From contig NC_043008.1 in assembly GCF_006345805.1 (NCBI RefSeq), forward strand, positions 4,898,001-4,962,000: a DNA stretch of 64,000 nt, given 5' to 3'. This DNA is from Octopus sinensis (Eukaryota). Made by a program: the position numbers and the translations under genes. A model generated the notes under the pieces. That model made no database searches. It was not told the DNA's origin and was given only the letters and a program-made list of their open reading frames with translations. Positions 39,194 through 51,068 of this stretch are shown piece by piece (position 1 is the stretch's first letter; the number at the start of each line of letters is the position of its first letter).

Positions 39194-40138
39194 TCAGTGT
39201 TTTAGTGCCAATATACAAGCTATAACATAAAGAAGTCCAAAAATAAAATTCAACCGTGCCACTTTCCGAGGCAATTGTTCCAAGTGACGGTAACGAAAAT
39301 ATCTCTCCAATTTAAAGGATTCAAACACGGTTAAGAGAGGTAGAAAATACCATTTGGAATAATGCAGTCCCAAGTAGACAAAGGCAATGTAGGGCAGAAA
39401 TAAAAGCATCACGAACAATATGTAGGAGCCAGTATGGCCCAGCAGAATGGCTAAGGTAACAATCCCAGCATCCGTGTCACTTTCCATATGTCGAGTGTTA
39501 TTGCAATGAAGGACTGCTTCAGCACTGATAGCTAAAGGGATGGCATAAAAAATGGGTTCGTTCGATAGTTCACCGGTTTGTGAAAGAAAGGCGAACACGA
39601 CTGTAAGGGGACCAAAAGTGAGGAAGACTACCACGTCTCCGAGAGCAACGTACTTCAGTCCAAGACCACCAGTGTAAAGGAAACTTCCGGATAAACCTCC
39701 AAAGTAAATAAGGGCCAAGTGCTCCATGCGGGCAGGAGAAATATAGGCAAGCAACAAAAATCCACAGCATCCCAACACGTAGGACAACCCTCCCAGCCAA
39801 GCAATGTCACCCGGCATCAACACAGAATCGACCAATGTTTTGTGATTAGCATCTTTCTTTTTCTTGGTGTCGATTCCTCGAACATAATCGACGTAGGTGT
39901 TGACAAGGTTTCCAGCAGCATGGACAGAGAGGGCAGTGAGACAGGTGACCAAAGATATGAGAAGGCTAAATTCGGCATGCTCCATATAGGCAAGGGCGCT
40001 GCCTAAAGCAACTGGGGTGAAAGAGGATGTGAAAGACCATGGTCGAAGGGCTGCTAAGTATTTAGACAATTCCTGTGAAAGAGAAGTTTTCTTGACACGA
40101 CACTTGTTTCCTTCTTTAGCATGGCTATTGTTTTGCAT
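39194..40138 (-). CDS. UBIAD1: UBIAD1 prenyltransferase, conserved copy B, 314 aa, intronless CDS
   Basis: LRPWSF..FTPVALGSALAY, HAAGNLVNTY, EHLALIYFGGLSGSFLYTGGLGLKYVALGD, YAIPLA..EA.LH.NNTR, AGIVTLAILLG, ARLN; the true ATG is 40138 (the ORF track starts on a GTG at 40141). Confidence 0.96.
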   Translation of the reverse strand: MQNNSHAKEGNKCRVKKTSLSQELSKYLAALRPWSFTSSFTPVALGSALAYMEHAEFSLLISLVTCLTALSVHAAGNLVNTYVDYVRGIDTKKKKDANHKTLVDSVLMPGDIAWLGGLSYVLGCCGFLLLAYISPARMEHLALIYFGGLSGSFLYTGGLGLKYVALGDVVVFLTFGPLTVVFAFLSQTGELSNEPIFYAIPLAISAEAVLHCNNTRHMESDTDAGIVTLAILLGHTGSYILFVMLLFLPYIAFVYLGLHYSKWYFLPLLTVFESFKLERYFRYRHLEQLPRKVARLNFIFGLLYVIACILALKH

Positions 40139-40249
40139 CACTTCAGTATAATTTTCCAGTTGGTGTAAGGTCTTTCGACACGGTCTTCTTGAGGAGAGTC
40201 AGCACAAGCAACAGCGATGATGCTTCGCGAGAAACATACTAAATGACGG

Positions 40250-40438
40250 AGAGGACTACGAGTGATGGGTATATACAAAAATATGGAATGGGGAATAAAC
40301 GAAAAGCGAAAAGAAAAAATATATAATGTCAATTTAAATACTAAACGAGGCGAGGGAGAGAACTACAAGTGATGTGAATATATAAAAATATGGAATGGGG
40401 AATAAGTGAAACGAAAAATATAATGTCAATTTAAATAA
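40250..40438 (-). repeat. Imperfect tandem duplication of the 3' splice site upstream of UBIAD1-B
   Basis: Two ~85-bp units, each with a polypyrimidine tract and ATCACTYGTAG on the minus strand (AG at 40257/40256 and 40364/40363). Confidence 0.7.
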
Positions 40439-43400
40439 AATTGATAAATTAATAACGACAGCAATTGATCGCTAATTAAACAGATAAAAGATGTAATATT
40501 TATTATTATTAGAGTCAAATATAATTTTAAATATATTAATCACGAATTTGAGTAATTTTTAATGGAAGAGTCAACGCAGCGTGTTTGTATAATATATATA
40601 TGTGTGTGTATACGTATGTGTATCAATGTGTGTTTGTATGTCTGTGAAATGGGTGTGTATGTGAGAAACTCGCCGGATTGGTAAGATAAATTATATAAAT
40701 ATTTATAAGTATTTCTGATAATACGTTTATGTTTTATTTTTGTGTGCATGAGCGAATCTGTTCATTTATGTACATGGGCGTACGTGTGTGTGTGTGTGTG
40801 TGTGGTGTGTGTGCGCGCGATCCCATTCGCACATGAACAGTTTCTTACATACAAACACACCCACACATACATACACACACACACATATATATATATATAT
40901 ATCTAAATATATCTATATAGATATAGATATATTTATGTAGTAGTGTGTGTGTGTTTGCGCGCACACATATTTCTTTCAATATATTTAATATAATATGTGT
41001 AGCCTAATCTCGCGTAGCCGAGATCTTGAAGGCAGGAGTGTGTGTGACTTGCAGGCGAGATCTGCCATTCCTCTCCGCTGCAGGTAAACAAGGCAGCTGT
41101 GTGCGATGTGCCACATCCATCGAAGCCTTCCAACACAACCGCCTTCCCACTACAAACTTTAGTTAGCATTTCCTGGGGAATATTCAACTCAGATATGTTA
41201 ATTTGGACGACATGGCAGATCTTTAAGGTAAGCTGTTCTCTCATAACCGTTCCATCTTTCTCTTTTCTCCCATCTCTCGCCCTGTTCCCATTTCGAGATA
41301 ACAAGAACAAGAAGAAGAACATTATCAAAATATATTCAGACTCTTTTTCATGGCAAACGTTTAATCATTTCTTTTTACCATTTAGAAAGCAAGCCAGCAT
41401 TCATGGTGGTATTTCTCTTTATTCGTGCTGCATTCATTATTTTCGCTGATGTCTCAAGAAAAGAAAAGCTGAGGCATTTCGGAGAGAAAAACACTTTTTA
41501 TTAATGTTATCATCATCAGCATTATTATTATTTCATCTTTTCGGGGCACTGGTGTCGATGATATCCTCCTCCCCCAAAATTTTAGGCTTTCTGCCCAAAC
41601 TAGGAAGAATAATAAAAGAAACTATTATTATCAGGAATTGTTGCAAGTCTTTCCAATGTCTTTTTGGGTTACAAAAATTTAGGAACCACAAAAAAATCGA
41701 TCTCGTTGCTATTCCCTCGTCGTTTGCAGAGTCAAGATTCCTCCTTAAATTTTTCGCTGCTTGCTGCGGCTTTCACAGATGACTGACACTATATACATCC
41801 ACACACGCACACACACACACTATTATGCACTCGAAGAAGCCTGCTAGAAATAGCAGACAAATTCCCTTCAATCACACCCTACTGCATTCTTAAAAATACA
41901 GCCACATCAATGTAGTCCTGGATACGCTCTGACCAGTAAAAAAAAGAAAAAAGAATGCCTTTCATTATAGCCGTTTTCTAGTAGGGTTAATCTGAGAATA
42001 AACTACACACACACATATATATACATATACAGGAGTTCCTTGATGTGCTAGAAATAGCAGCCAAATTTCCCTCAAATTACTAATTTAAAAGAAAAATTAT
42101 ATCGGGACATTGTATTCCGAGTAATGCATCCCTGTATAGGGTCGTATTAGAGAAAAACCAGACTAAATTGTTACAGCTGAAATGCTTTTAATTATAGATG
42201 TGCCTTATCAATTTCTAACCTGGGGATTAAACAACACTCACACACACGTGTGTGTATGCGTGTCTATGTTCAGTGCTTCATTAAACCTGACATTCAAAGC
42301 ACCATCGGGGTCGGCTTTGCTTTTAATATGCAAGTGAACTAGAAGCAGCGGACTCCAGTAGCCTCATCTTTAACATAGTGTGTGGTATATCTATCCATCT
42401 ATCCCTCCCTCCCTCCACTTTTAACAGTGGTTTTGCTTCATCTTTCGGTAACAAAAACCGTACAAAAATCAAAACTCAGAATGCGAAAAATAAAAAACAT
42501 GTTGCAAATTAAATAATTATCATTATTTTGTCTATTTTTGAAAGTCTTCTTGAAAGACATAAATATCACTTTTTTCCCCCCTTTTTCTATAAATATGAGA
42601 CCTTTAACCCACACAAGAAATGATTTCTATAAACACACACACATCTCGTACAAGAATTTTCTGTTTGTGTTTTCGATTTCAAACTTTGAAATTTGAGTTT
42701 TATGTTACTTATTATGTCGGGGTTTAAGTGTTCCGTTTCATATCATTTCTTTTCACTAACGCCAGGCAGAACGGCGTAAACATCATCAACAATTCGCATA
42801 TCTCTCGCCCGTTTCTGAGATATTATGTTCATGTGAGAAATATTCCATTATGTTATGGCTTACAGATAGAACTGGTTGTCTGTGTACCTATCCACATACA
42901 TCATACATTTATATACATACTTGTATACAACATGCGATATATGTACTCCTACATAACACATTCACGCACTAATATAAATTATATGTGTGTTTTTGTGTAG
43001 ATATCGGTATGTATATATATATATGTCTATACAATTTAGATGTAAAATAATTTTATTGAATATATTTTCTCTTGTGGCTTAATTGTCTCCTCCTCATTCT
43101 CAGCGTAGTGAAAGTTTAAGCCTACATTGTAGAGACGAATAGTTCAAGAGAGGGTGTTAAGTCATGTACAAAAGATCTGTAAGGTCAGAATTGGCAGTAG
43201 ATTCAGTATAGGTAGGTATTCATCAAGGTTTTTATCTGATTCTTATTGCAGAATCTGTTGAAGAGCTGCAAGAAAGATTCTACATCTCGTAGAAAGATTT
43301 GGAATTGTTTAATAGGTAATATTGCAAAGTTCAAAACTAATTAATAACAGAACAACACAAAATATCGGTGGCAGGCAGAAAATGTCCTTGTTTTGTTTAA

Positions 43401-43699
43401 AGTGTTGATAAGGATTACATACAGGCACAAGATGAAATTTCCAGGCCCGTTTGGTTCCAAAGACTTTCTGAAGTAGTGAGGGTGGTCAACTTGATCAACA
43501 TACCCTAAATTAGATTAAATATTAAATTTATTTGAATAATTTAATGAAAACAGGTGTCCGTACATTACTGTAAATTAGTAAAGATTATAAGAGGTTCCGG
43601 ACCATCAGTGTCTAGAAAGTTAGTGGTGTACCTGTACTCTCTACTCACTACAAGATACAAGTAATCAAGATTTGAGATGACATATTGACAAAGAATCAA

Positions 43700-44112
43700 A
43701 GATTTTAATAAATGGAAATTGTAGTTAAGATACCCGTGCCGGTGACACGTTAAAAGCACCGTCCAAACATGGCAGTTGCCAGGGCCGCCTGACTGGCGTC
43801 TGTGTCAGTGACATGTAAAAGCACCAACCGATCGTGGCTGTTTGCCAGCCTCATCTGGCCCCAGTGCTGGTGGCACGTAAAAAGCACCAACTGATCGTGG
43901 CCGCTGCCAGCCTCGCCTGGCACCTGTGCAGGTGGCATGTAAAAAGCACCCACTACACTCATGGAGTGGTTGGCGTTAGGAAGGGCATCCAACTGTAGAA
44001 ACACTGCCAGATCAAACTGGAGCCTGGTGCAGCCTCCTGGCTTCCCAGACCCCGGTCGAACCGTCCAACCCATGCTAGCATGGAGAATGGATGTTAAACG
44101 ATGATGATGATG
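43700..44112 (+). mobile_element. RTE LINE 3'UTR/tail
   Basis: Repeated gcacgtaaaaagcacc modules, ggagtggttggcgttaggaagggcatcc, ttaaacgatgatgatgatg. Confidence 0.9.
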
Positions 44113-44713
44113 TATGGGAATAATTAGCTGCAAGCTAACCTATGATCTTAATAGCTAGTTGACAGTCAACTGTTATATTGGTGATGTACTTAAGTGGTGG
44201 AGGTAGAAGCAGTAAGAATCTAGGATTTATAGAGCTAGGAAGGGTTTTTTAGGGTAGGAGGCAATACCCATGACCCTTTCATGGGTTTGCTTGACTAGTT
44301 GGAAGGAGCAAACTGTTAAAGTAGTGACCTGGTGATTGAATGATTACAAAAAAATGGATTCAGCTAAGAGCACCCAAGGTACTAGTTGTTAGTGTCAAAC
44401 TGGGCCACAAATTAGTCCCACTGACCAAATTAGTTATGGCAGGATTTGAACTTAAGATGCAAAAAGCTGGACCAAATAGAGTAAAGCATCTTGTCCAACA
44501 TTCTTACAGTTCTGCAGTTCACTGTCCTGGATTGATACTTTGTAAGCCATAAAGTTTCTCTTCACAAATGCAAGTTGTATGATAGTTAGACATGGGCTGT
44601 GGGGTTTCAGTGTGTAAAGTGTACATAAATTTTAACCTCCAAAAGCCCTAATGGACCCCAGTTGAGAACTCCCTCATTGGTTTGATTTTTATTAATTTTT
44701 TTTTATCTGGTAT

Positions 44714-44895
44714 ACAGTGATGAGGCCAACACCTGAAAGTGTGACAGTGATGAGGCCGACACCTGAAAGTGTGACAGTGATGAGGCCGACACCTGAAAGT
44801 GTGACAGTGATGAGGCCGACACCTGAAAGTGTGACAGTGATGAGGCCGACACCTGAAAGTGTGACAGTGATGAGGCCGACACCTGAAAGTGTGAC
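44714..44895. repeat. 30-bp minisatellite x6
   Basis: acagtgatgaggccgacacctgaaagtgtg: five identical units and one with a single mismatch. Confidence 0.97.
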
Positions 44896-46233
44896 TGTTT
44901 AGGGACAGAGTCCATGTTGATTTAATTCTTAGTTTATTGTGAATTACTGATAGTAATGAAATATTAGGATTGCTGCTAGAATCCTTCAAGCCTCCCCAAC
45001 TCCTGTCCCACCTTCAAACCTTTTCAATCTTTACAGATATTGCCTTCCTCTTATCTCTTTCCACATATATCCTTGCAAACTCCCATCCACTATTGAGTTG
45101 CAACAGTGAATGACAACGACAGCTACAGTGTTTGTGCTATCTGGTGCACTTGCTCTCTTAGTGGGGCAGTTGTCCAATTGTCAAACTGGACTACCTTGAC
45201 TGCCACCAACCGTCTGATGTGGTCAGTAGTCATGAAGGATGTGGTGAACTTGTTGGTCAGAGCCAGCTCAACCCACAACAGGGGAATGATCCCACAAGAA
45301 CAAGTAATTGAGGTGCCACCTGTGCACCTCATCATCACTATCCCTTTGGAGGTACCACCAATTAACTCATTCACTCTCTCCTAAATATGAGTAGCCAGGT
45401 AGCTCCTCTACAGCAAGAATCTGCTGTACCCCAACCTCTTCTCTCATTCCTTAACAAGTTGATCAATGCTTTGTGAGTGCAATTTGGTTGACAAACTCTG
45501 CAGCAGTCTCTCATCATCATTTCACATCCATTTTTCTCTGCTGATCAGTTTTCAGCCACTTCTCTCTTTACAATTTTTTTTTTTTTTTTCGTTTTTTCTT
45601 TATACTCCAGTCCTTACCCATCTTGCTGAAATACAGAGAAAATATACAAATGTCATTGTCTTGGTTGAATGGTGTTGATGAAGACATTCACATCGAGAGC
45701 ATTCGCAGATTAATATAGAAATGTTATTAGGCTAGACTTTGGAAGAGCATCAAGCTATTGAAACCATGCTGAACCTGATATTGGAGCTCAATGTAATCCT
45801 ACAGCTTACAGGACTCTGCCAGACTGTCCAGTTCAACCCAGCATGTGAAACAAACATGAAAAGTGGATGATGTGGGGACATAATGGATTTTATTTTTTAT
45901 TCTGCACCAATTGGGTGAGAAGGTCCTTCAGAAACAAAACATAATAAATTTCTTGATCATCAAAGGTCTGTTTAGGGAATTCATGTATAAATGGCCTTAG
46001 AGGTACTCTATACTGATGACTTAAAGACAGAAACCACTAAAAAGCTGGTTTAGAAATTATTTCAGTGGAATGCTAATTCTTTGAGTAAAGACCTTAGAAG
46101 TCAATATTTTCAAGATCACGATCTTGAGTATTTAGTATAATATTGAGCTGCCAACTTGTAACATATCCATTATTGATGCAACTATTTCCATTAAGGTTCA
46201 TCTCAGATTTTCTCTCCATTCATTCTCTAAATT

Positions 46234-46561
46234 ACTTGTACTTGTGACGGCGTTCACTCAGGGCAGGTTGAGCCGGCTTCTTCTCTGTTCCTAACGGCAT
46301 CACAAACCATGGCGGCCCGTGCTTGACGGTCCTGTGTGAGATCACTGGAGATAGCAAGCCATTCGCAGTTCCATCTGTGCAGACCTGAGAGTTCCAAGAG
46401 GCGTTTGATCGGCAACCGGCGGCTTCGAGGTCGTTCTGTCCCTTCATCTGAGGAGATTCTGCAGCAAACATGGTGTCCCGTCACTCGGGATATGCATGCA
46501 GGATGTCGGGGACCGCTTGTAAATTCAATATTCCCATGAAACTTCTTCTGTGAATCTGTCA
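46234..46561 (-). mobile_element. 5'-truncated RTE/RTE-X-like LINE 3' end with 12-bp target-site duplication
   Basis: attctctaaatt at 46222-46233 and 46562-46573; decayed GHHVC..RPRSR..DRQA.RAMV; ACAAGTACAAGT tail. Confidence 0.75.
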
Positions 46562-47015
46562 ATTCTCTAAATTCAATTTGGATATTTCACCTGTTGATTA
46601 TTTCTAATTATTGTGAAAAGCAGGAAAAAAGCATTTTGATGTTTATGTGTTACCTTTGTGGGAATGACTACGTGGTTGCTATGCATTTCTCGATTGTGCT
46701 TCATCTTGTTGTTGTCTGTTATTGTGCTGTAAGTGTAGTGAGTTGACAGAATGGCTGGAGTGTCCCATAAAATGCCTTGTGCCATTTAGATATGGTCTCT
46801 TCTGAGTTTAAATCCTTGCAGTCAACTTTGCTTTTCATCCGGACAAGTTCTAAGGGTCTACACAATGGAATATGCATTCCCTTCAGAATCAAGGACTTCC
46901 ACCTATGTAAGAAGTCAATTTCACAGTATGTGGAATTTAAATGGTATTAAAATATAACTTGAATATGTTGTCTAAAATTTGATGTATGTTTAATCAACTG
47001 CGAGTTGGGTTTATG

Positions 47016-47240
47016 TATTGGGGTGGTGCATAATTATTGCAGCTTTTTTGCAGCAAATTTTATTCAACAAAAACAATAACAACATGTAACAAAAACATCT
47101 TTAAATGATTATTCCGGAGCATATTCACCATTTACTTCAATTACTGCTTCCCATTTGCTTGGCAGACGGTCAGACCATCATTCAAAGATGTTTTGTATTT
47201 GTTGAAAAAAAAGCCGCAATAATTATGCACCAACCCAGTC
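47016..47240 (-). mobile_element. Internally deleted mariner element
   Basis: TIRs ttggggtggtgcataattattgc / gcaataattatgcaccaaccc; encodes the transposase end RLPSKWEAVIEVNGEYAPE*. Confidence 0.85.
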
Positions 47241-49932
47241 GATGTATTGGTAGCCTTGCTTTCCTGTAGGTCTGCTCCTGCCAATTTGGTTTATTTCTTT
47301 AAAGTCAACAGATTTAGCATAAGCACCAAGTTAAAATTGGGACGAGAGTGGGGAAACGTTGCACCCTAAACGAGAGTTATACTTTGAATACTGGCATCCC
47401 ATGCATTGCAAGATATGGTTTCTGCTTTATATGGCGGTAACATGAAATTATTGTATCAAAGTAAATCAGACATATTGTCTAAAGCTTGATACATGTTCAA
47501 TCAATTGCTGGGAAGAGACATAACTGTTGGATTTTGGGAAAAGCTAGCGGGATTTGAAGCCAGTCTGTAAAAAGGCCAGAACAAAATATTGAAAATTACT
47601 AGAACTTTTCAAGAAAACCAAGATATTTTTGTTTCTTTAAAAGACAAAAAAAAAAAAGCAGGGGAATACATTGTAGATAAGTGTGTGACTTTCACTCTTT
47701 TTTTATTTTCATTTTTGATGTTTTTGAATAAAAACAATAATGTGTCTATATAGCGGATTGGAAGAGGCTGTGGATTTTAAACTAAAAAGCAGTGTATTTA
47801 AGTCAAGATTGTAGCCTTATAGTTTTATCATCCAACAGCTAAAATAATGATAAAAATAATTTCTTTACATGTAAATCAGGGGAAATGGGTTTTGTGTTAA
47901 GGAATTTCATGCGACTAATGTTTTCAGGAAGGCAATGCTTCTGTAAAATACAGTTACTTGTATTTATAAAGTTGATTCCTTTTATTGTGGTAAAATTGTT
48001 AAGATTAATTGATGTGTACCACAGTAAGTGGTACATATCAATTAGGCATTATGGTGTTCCACTCACAATTGTGAGATTATGATTTCAATTCCTGGACTGA
48101 GTGGTGCATTTATGTTCTTGAGCAAAACAGTTCATCCCCTGTTGCATTGGGATCACTTCTGATGTGACACATCATGCACCTGTAGAGGCAATGTCAATGT
48201 GATGGAAGGAGCGAGCTCATGTACTGCAAAGACATTCAGTCACTAGAAACCAATCTTCCGTTCCGGTTCTGCATCAATTTGCATAACCCTCATCTGTCAT
48301 CTACAACAGGAAAGTCTGCAACTGGTTTATATCATTAAATAAATATATTTCTTGTTGTCAATGAAATAATTGGTAAAAGCTTTGTCTGTGCAGTTATGAA
48401 TTTTGCTTTGTAACCACTTGATCATGGTTTCAACCCCACTGTATGGCATATCTTGAGCCAGTGTCTTTTATTGTAGCCCTGGGCTAATCAACACCTTGTA
48501 AGCGGATTTGATTGTTAGAAACACTATTTGTGTGTGTGCGTGTTGAAATTCCACAGAGTTGCTTGTCACTCGAGTGAAATGGTGATCTGCTGTTTACATT
48601 CCTTATTGACATTATGACCAGTCATTCTGCACTTTTTTAAGACCATTATCATCATTTTAAGGCCCACTTTTCCATTCTTGTATGGGTCAGATGGAATTTA
48701 TTGAGGTGGATTTTCTATGGCTGGATGCCTTCCTATGCCCTCACCTGTTTCCAAGTAAGGTAATATCCCCCCCCCCACTTGCATGACAATGATACTCGTT
48801 TATTAATCTCATTGTGATGTCAAAACAGAGACAGTAACACATGTTTTTAGTTTCCATCTCCCAAATCCACTTGTAAAGTTTTGGTTGGCCTAGAGTTATA
48901 GAAGACACTTGCCCTAAGTACTATGCAGTGAGATTGAACCCAGAACCATGTGATAAGAAAGCAAACTTCTTACCACACAGCCACATCTGTGGAATAAAAC
49001 AAAATTCCTTACTTCAAAAGCAGGTATTTGCTGTCAACATGAAATATATATAACCATAAAGTGCTACTCCAAATAATCACCACCCTGCTCCTGTAGCAGA
49101 GGAATATTTTCATTGAACTAAGTATGGGTCATATTTTGAGATTAGGCAGGTTTACTCTGTTCTTAATCCTTATTAGAAATAAATAAATAACTTGATTAAT
49201 ACCACTGGCTAGTTCTTAGGTCCTTTGAGTAGAATTTGATTTCTGCTGCAATCATTCGAACCAAATCTAGTTCCTTTCCTTTCATTTCCTACTTACTTTT
49301 TCACCCAAGCATTAACCTGTAGGTGATCAGGTTGGGTACCAGTCACATCAGTCTCACCAATTTGGAAGAGCCTACAAAGGTTTTGTGTTCCACCCTTCTT
49401 TCCTGGATAAATTTTATTATTTTAAAGGAAGGTGAAAATATTTAGAACTCTATAAGAAATTATTTACTTTAGTGACGACATTTCAATAGTTTTGTTATCA
49501 CAATGCAAATGATAGAGATTTGCCTTCAATTTACTGTAGCTGTTGCTCAGAATTAATTTCATCATTGTAAAATATCAATCTAGAAGATAATTATTAGCTT
49601 CTATCTCAGTTATCACCAAATTCCCCCCACCACCAAGTTTACCAGTTTTTAATCATTTTTTTGTTTTCTGTAGGTTTAGTATTTCACCCTACACAACACT
49701 GTTCAAGGGACTTAGATACACAGCTTTTTGATGATGGCATTCAAAGCCTTTTTCCTTCAGCAATTGTTACTGTTCCATGGAAATAGATCCTGTATTTCCT
49801 GGCATACTAGTAGAATTTTTCAGCCCCAATTTTACAATGCCAAAAGCTCAGTCAACTTTGAAGGACCAAAAATTCTATGTAAAATGCATCAGCAACTGGG
49901 AAGATAGTAACAATGATTAAATGTTTAATTAA

Positions 49933-50142
49933 CCCTTTTGATACCAACCCATCTGAAACCACCTCTGGCCCTGTAGTACAAATGTCTTGTTTTCAAAGGT
50001 TCTGAATTAAAATCTTCCACACAATTTATGTTCCTGACACTAGCTTAATCATAAGTAAGTTATTTTACTAAATTCTTTGTTATATTTAAAATTAATTGAA
50101 AGAAATACAGAGCATCTCAACAGAAATATGGTAGCAAAAGGG
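49933..50142. mobile_element. piggyBac-like MITE
   Basis: TTAA|CCCTTTTGATACCA...TGGTAGCAAAAGGG|TTAA (13/14 TIR match). Confidence 0.85.
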
Positions 50143-51068
50143 TTAAGGAAAGGGCAGGGTTACCATTTATAGTTTGAAAACCACTGCTATTGTTAACTAT
50201 AATCATATTCCAAAATGTTTATTGCCTTTGTGTCAATGTAATAAGTCCTTATTTTAATAGGAAGAGTTTAAAAAATTTGTAGTGTAATATCCGGATTCAT
50301 AGAATTGTGTGGCTATCAAAATCTTTTAGTGGACTTGGCTAACAGACCACATAGTAATCCACGTAAAGAAAAGTGTAATGATGCAAAGTGTCCATGCAGC
50401 TGAAATCCAGAAGATACAATTGTTGAAATTATTTCATGAGGAGTATATAAACCATAAAAAGTCAGGAAGTATGACAGGTGGATGTAGTTATTTAACCACT
50501 CAACATCCTTAAGGTTACAGCCATTTCGCAGCCGTCTTCATGTAATAATAATTTCAGTGTGGAATAAATAATGTCTGCACTGATGTGCACGCTGTGCATT
50601 ATACAATACAGTTATGTATTCATGAATTACTGCAGATAAAGAAAGCTAACTGCTCAGTGCACCAGAACATCATGGTGTAACCAATGATTCAACTCTCATA
50701 GTATGTGTGTGTGTGCACGATGAACTTTCACACTGTTTTTCTGTCAACCAAATTCACTTCAGGCATTGATCAGTTCATGCCTATAGCAGAAAACACTTGT
50801 CCAAGGCGCATGGGGTTGCAAGGTGAGCTTATTAACCACACAGCCATTCCTACACCTATCACACACAATGGATGTATAGTTGTGATATCATTAGGTGTTT
50901 CAATCATACTAAAATCACGCTGTTTTACTACCATGAAATTAGTGTTTTCCTGTTTAAAAATGTTTCTTATGCTGTTTAAGAATTTTTTTGTTTTTTTCTT
51001 ACAGATTAAACTGGATTGAAAAAAGAAGTTTGGGCAGTGCCTCTGTGTGGAGAGACAATTTTACCAAA

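Noticed and set aside
40138-40332. uORF ending in a TGATG stop-start overlap with UBIAD1-B
   Set aside because: The ORF begins at TTG with no in-frame ATG, and its 5' part is the polypyrimidine tract of an intron
41095-41150. Thymidylate-kinase-like P-loop in VVLEGFDGCGTSH
   Set aside because: The invariant GK[ST] lysine is missing and no other kinase motifs follow
44714-44895. CRISPR-like array
   Set aside because: Units are head-to-tail with no unique spacers, there are no cas genes, and the context is eukaryotic; it is a minisatellite
46005-46040. Hammerhead ribozyme core (CTGATGA...GAAA)
   Set aside because: No stem II or flanking helices; the sequence is a decayed YADD-coding LINE remnant
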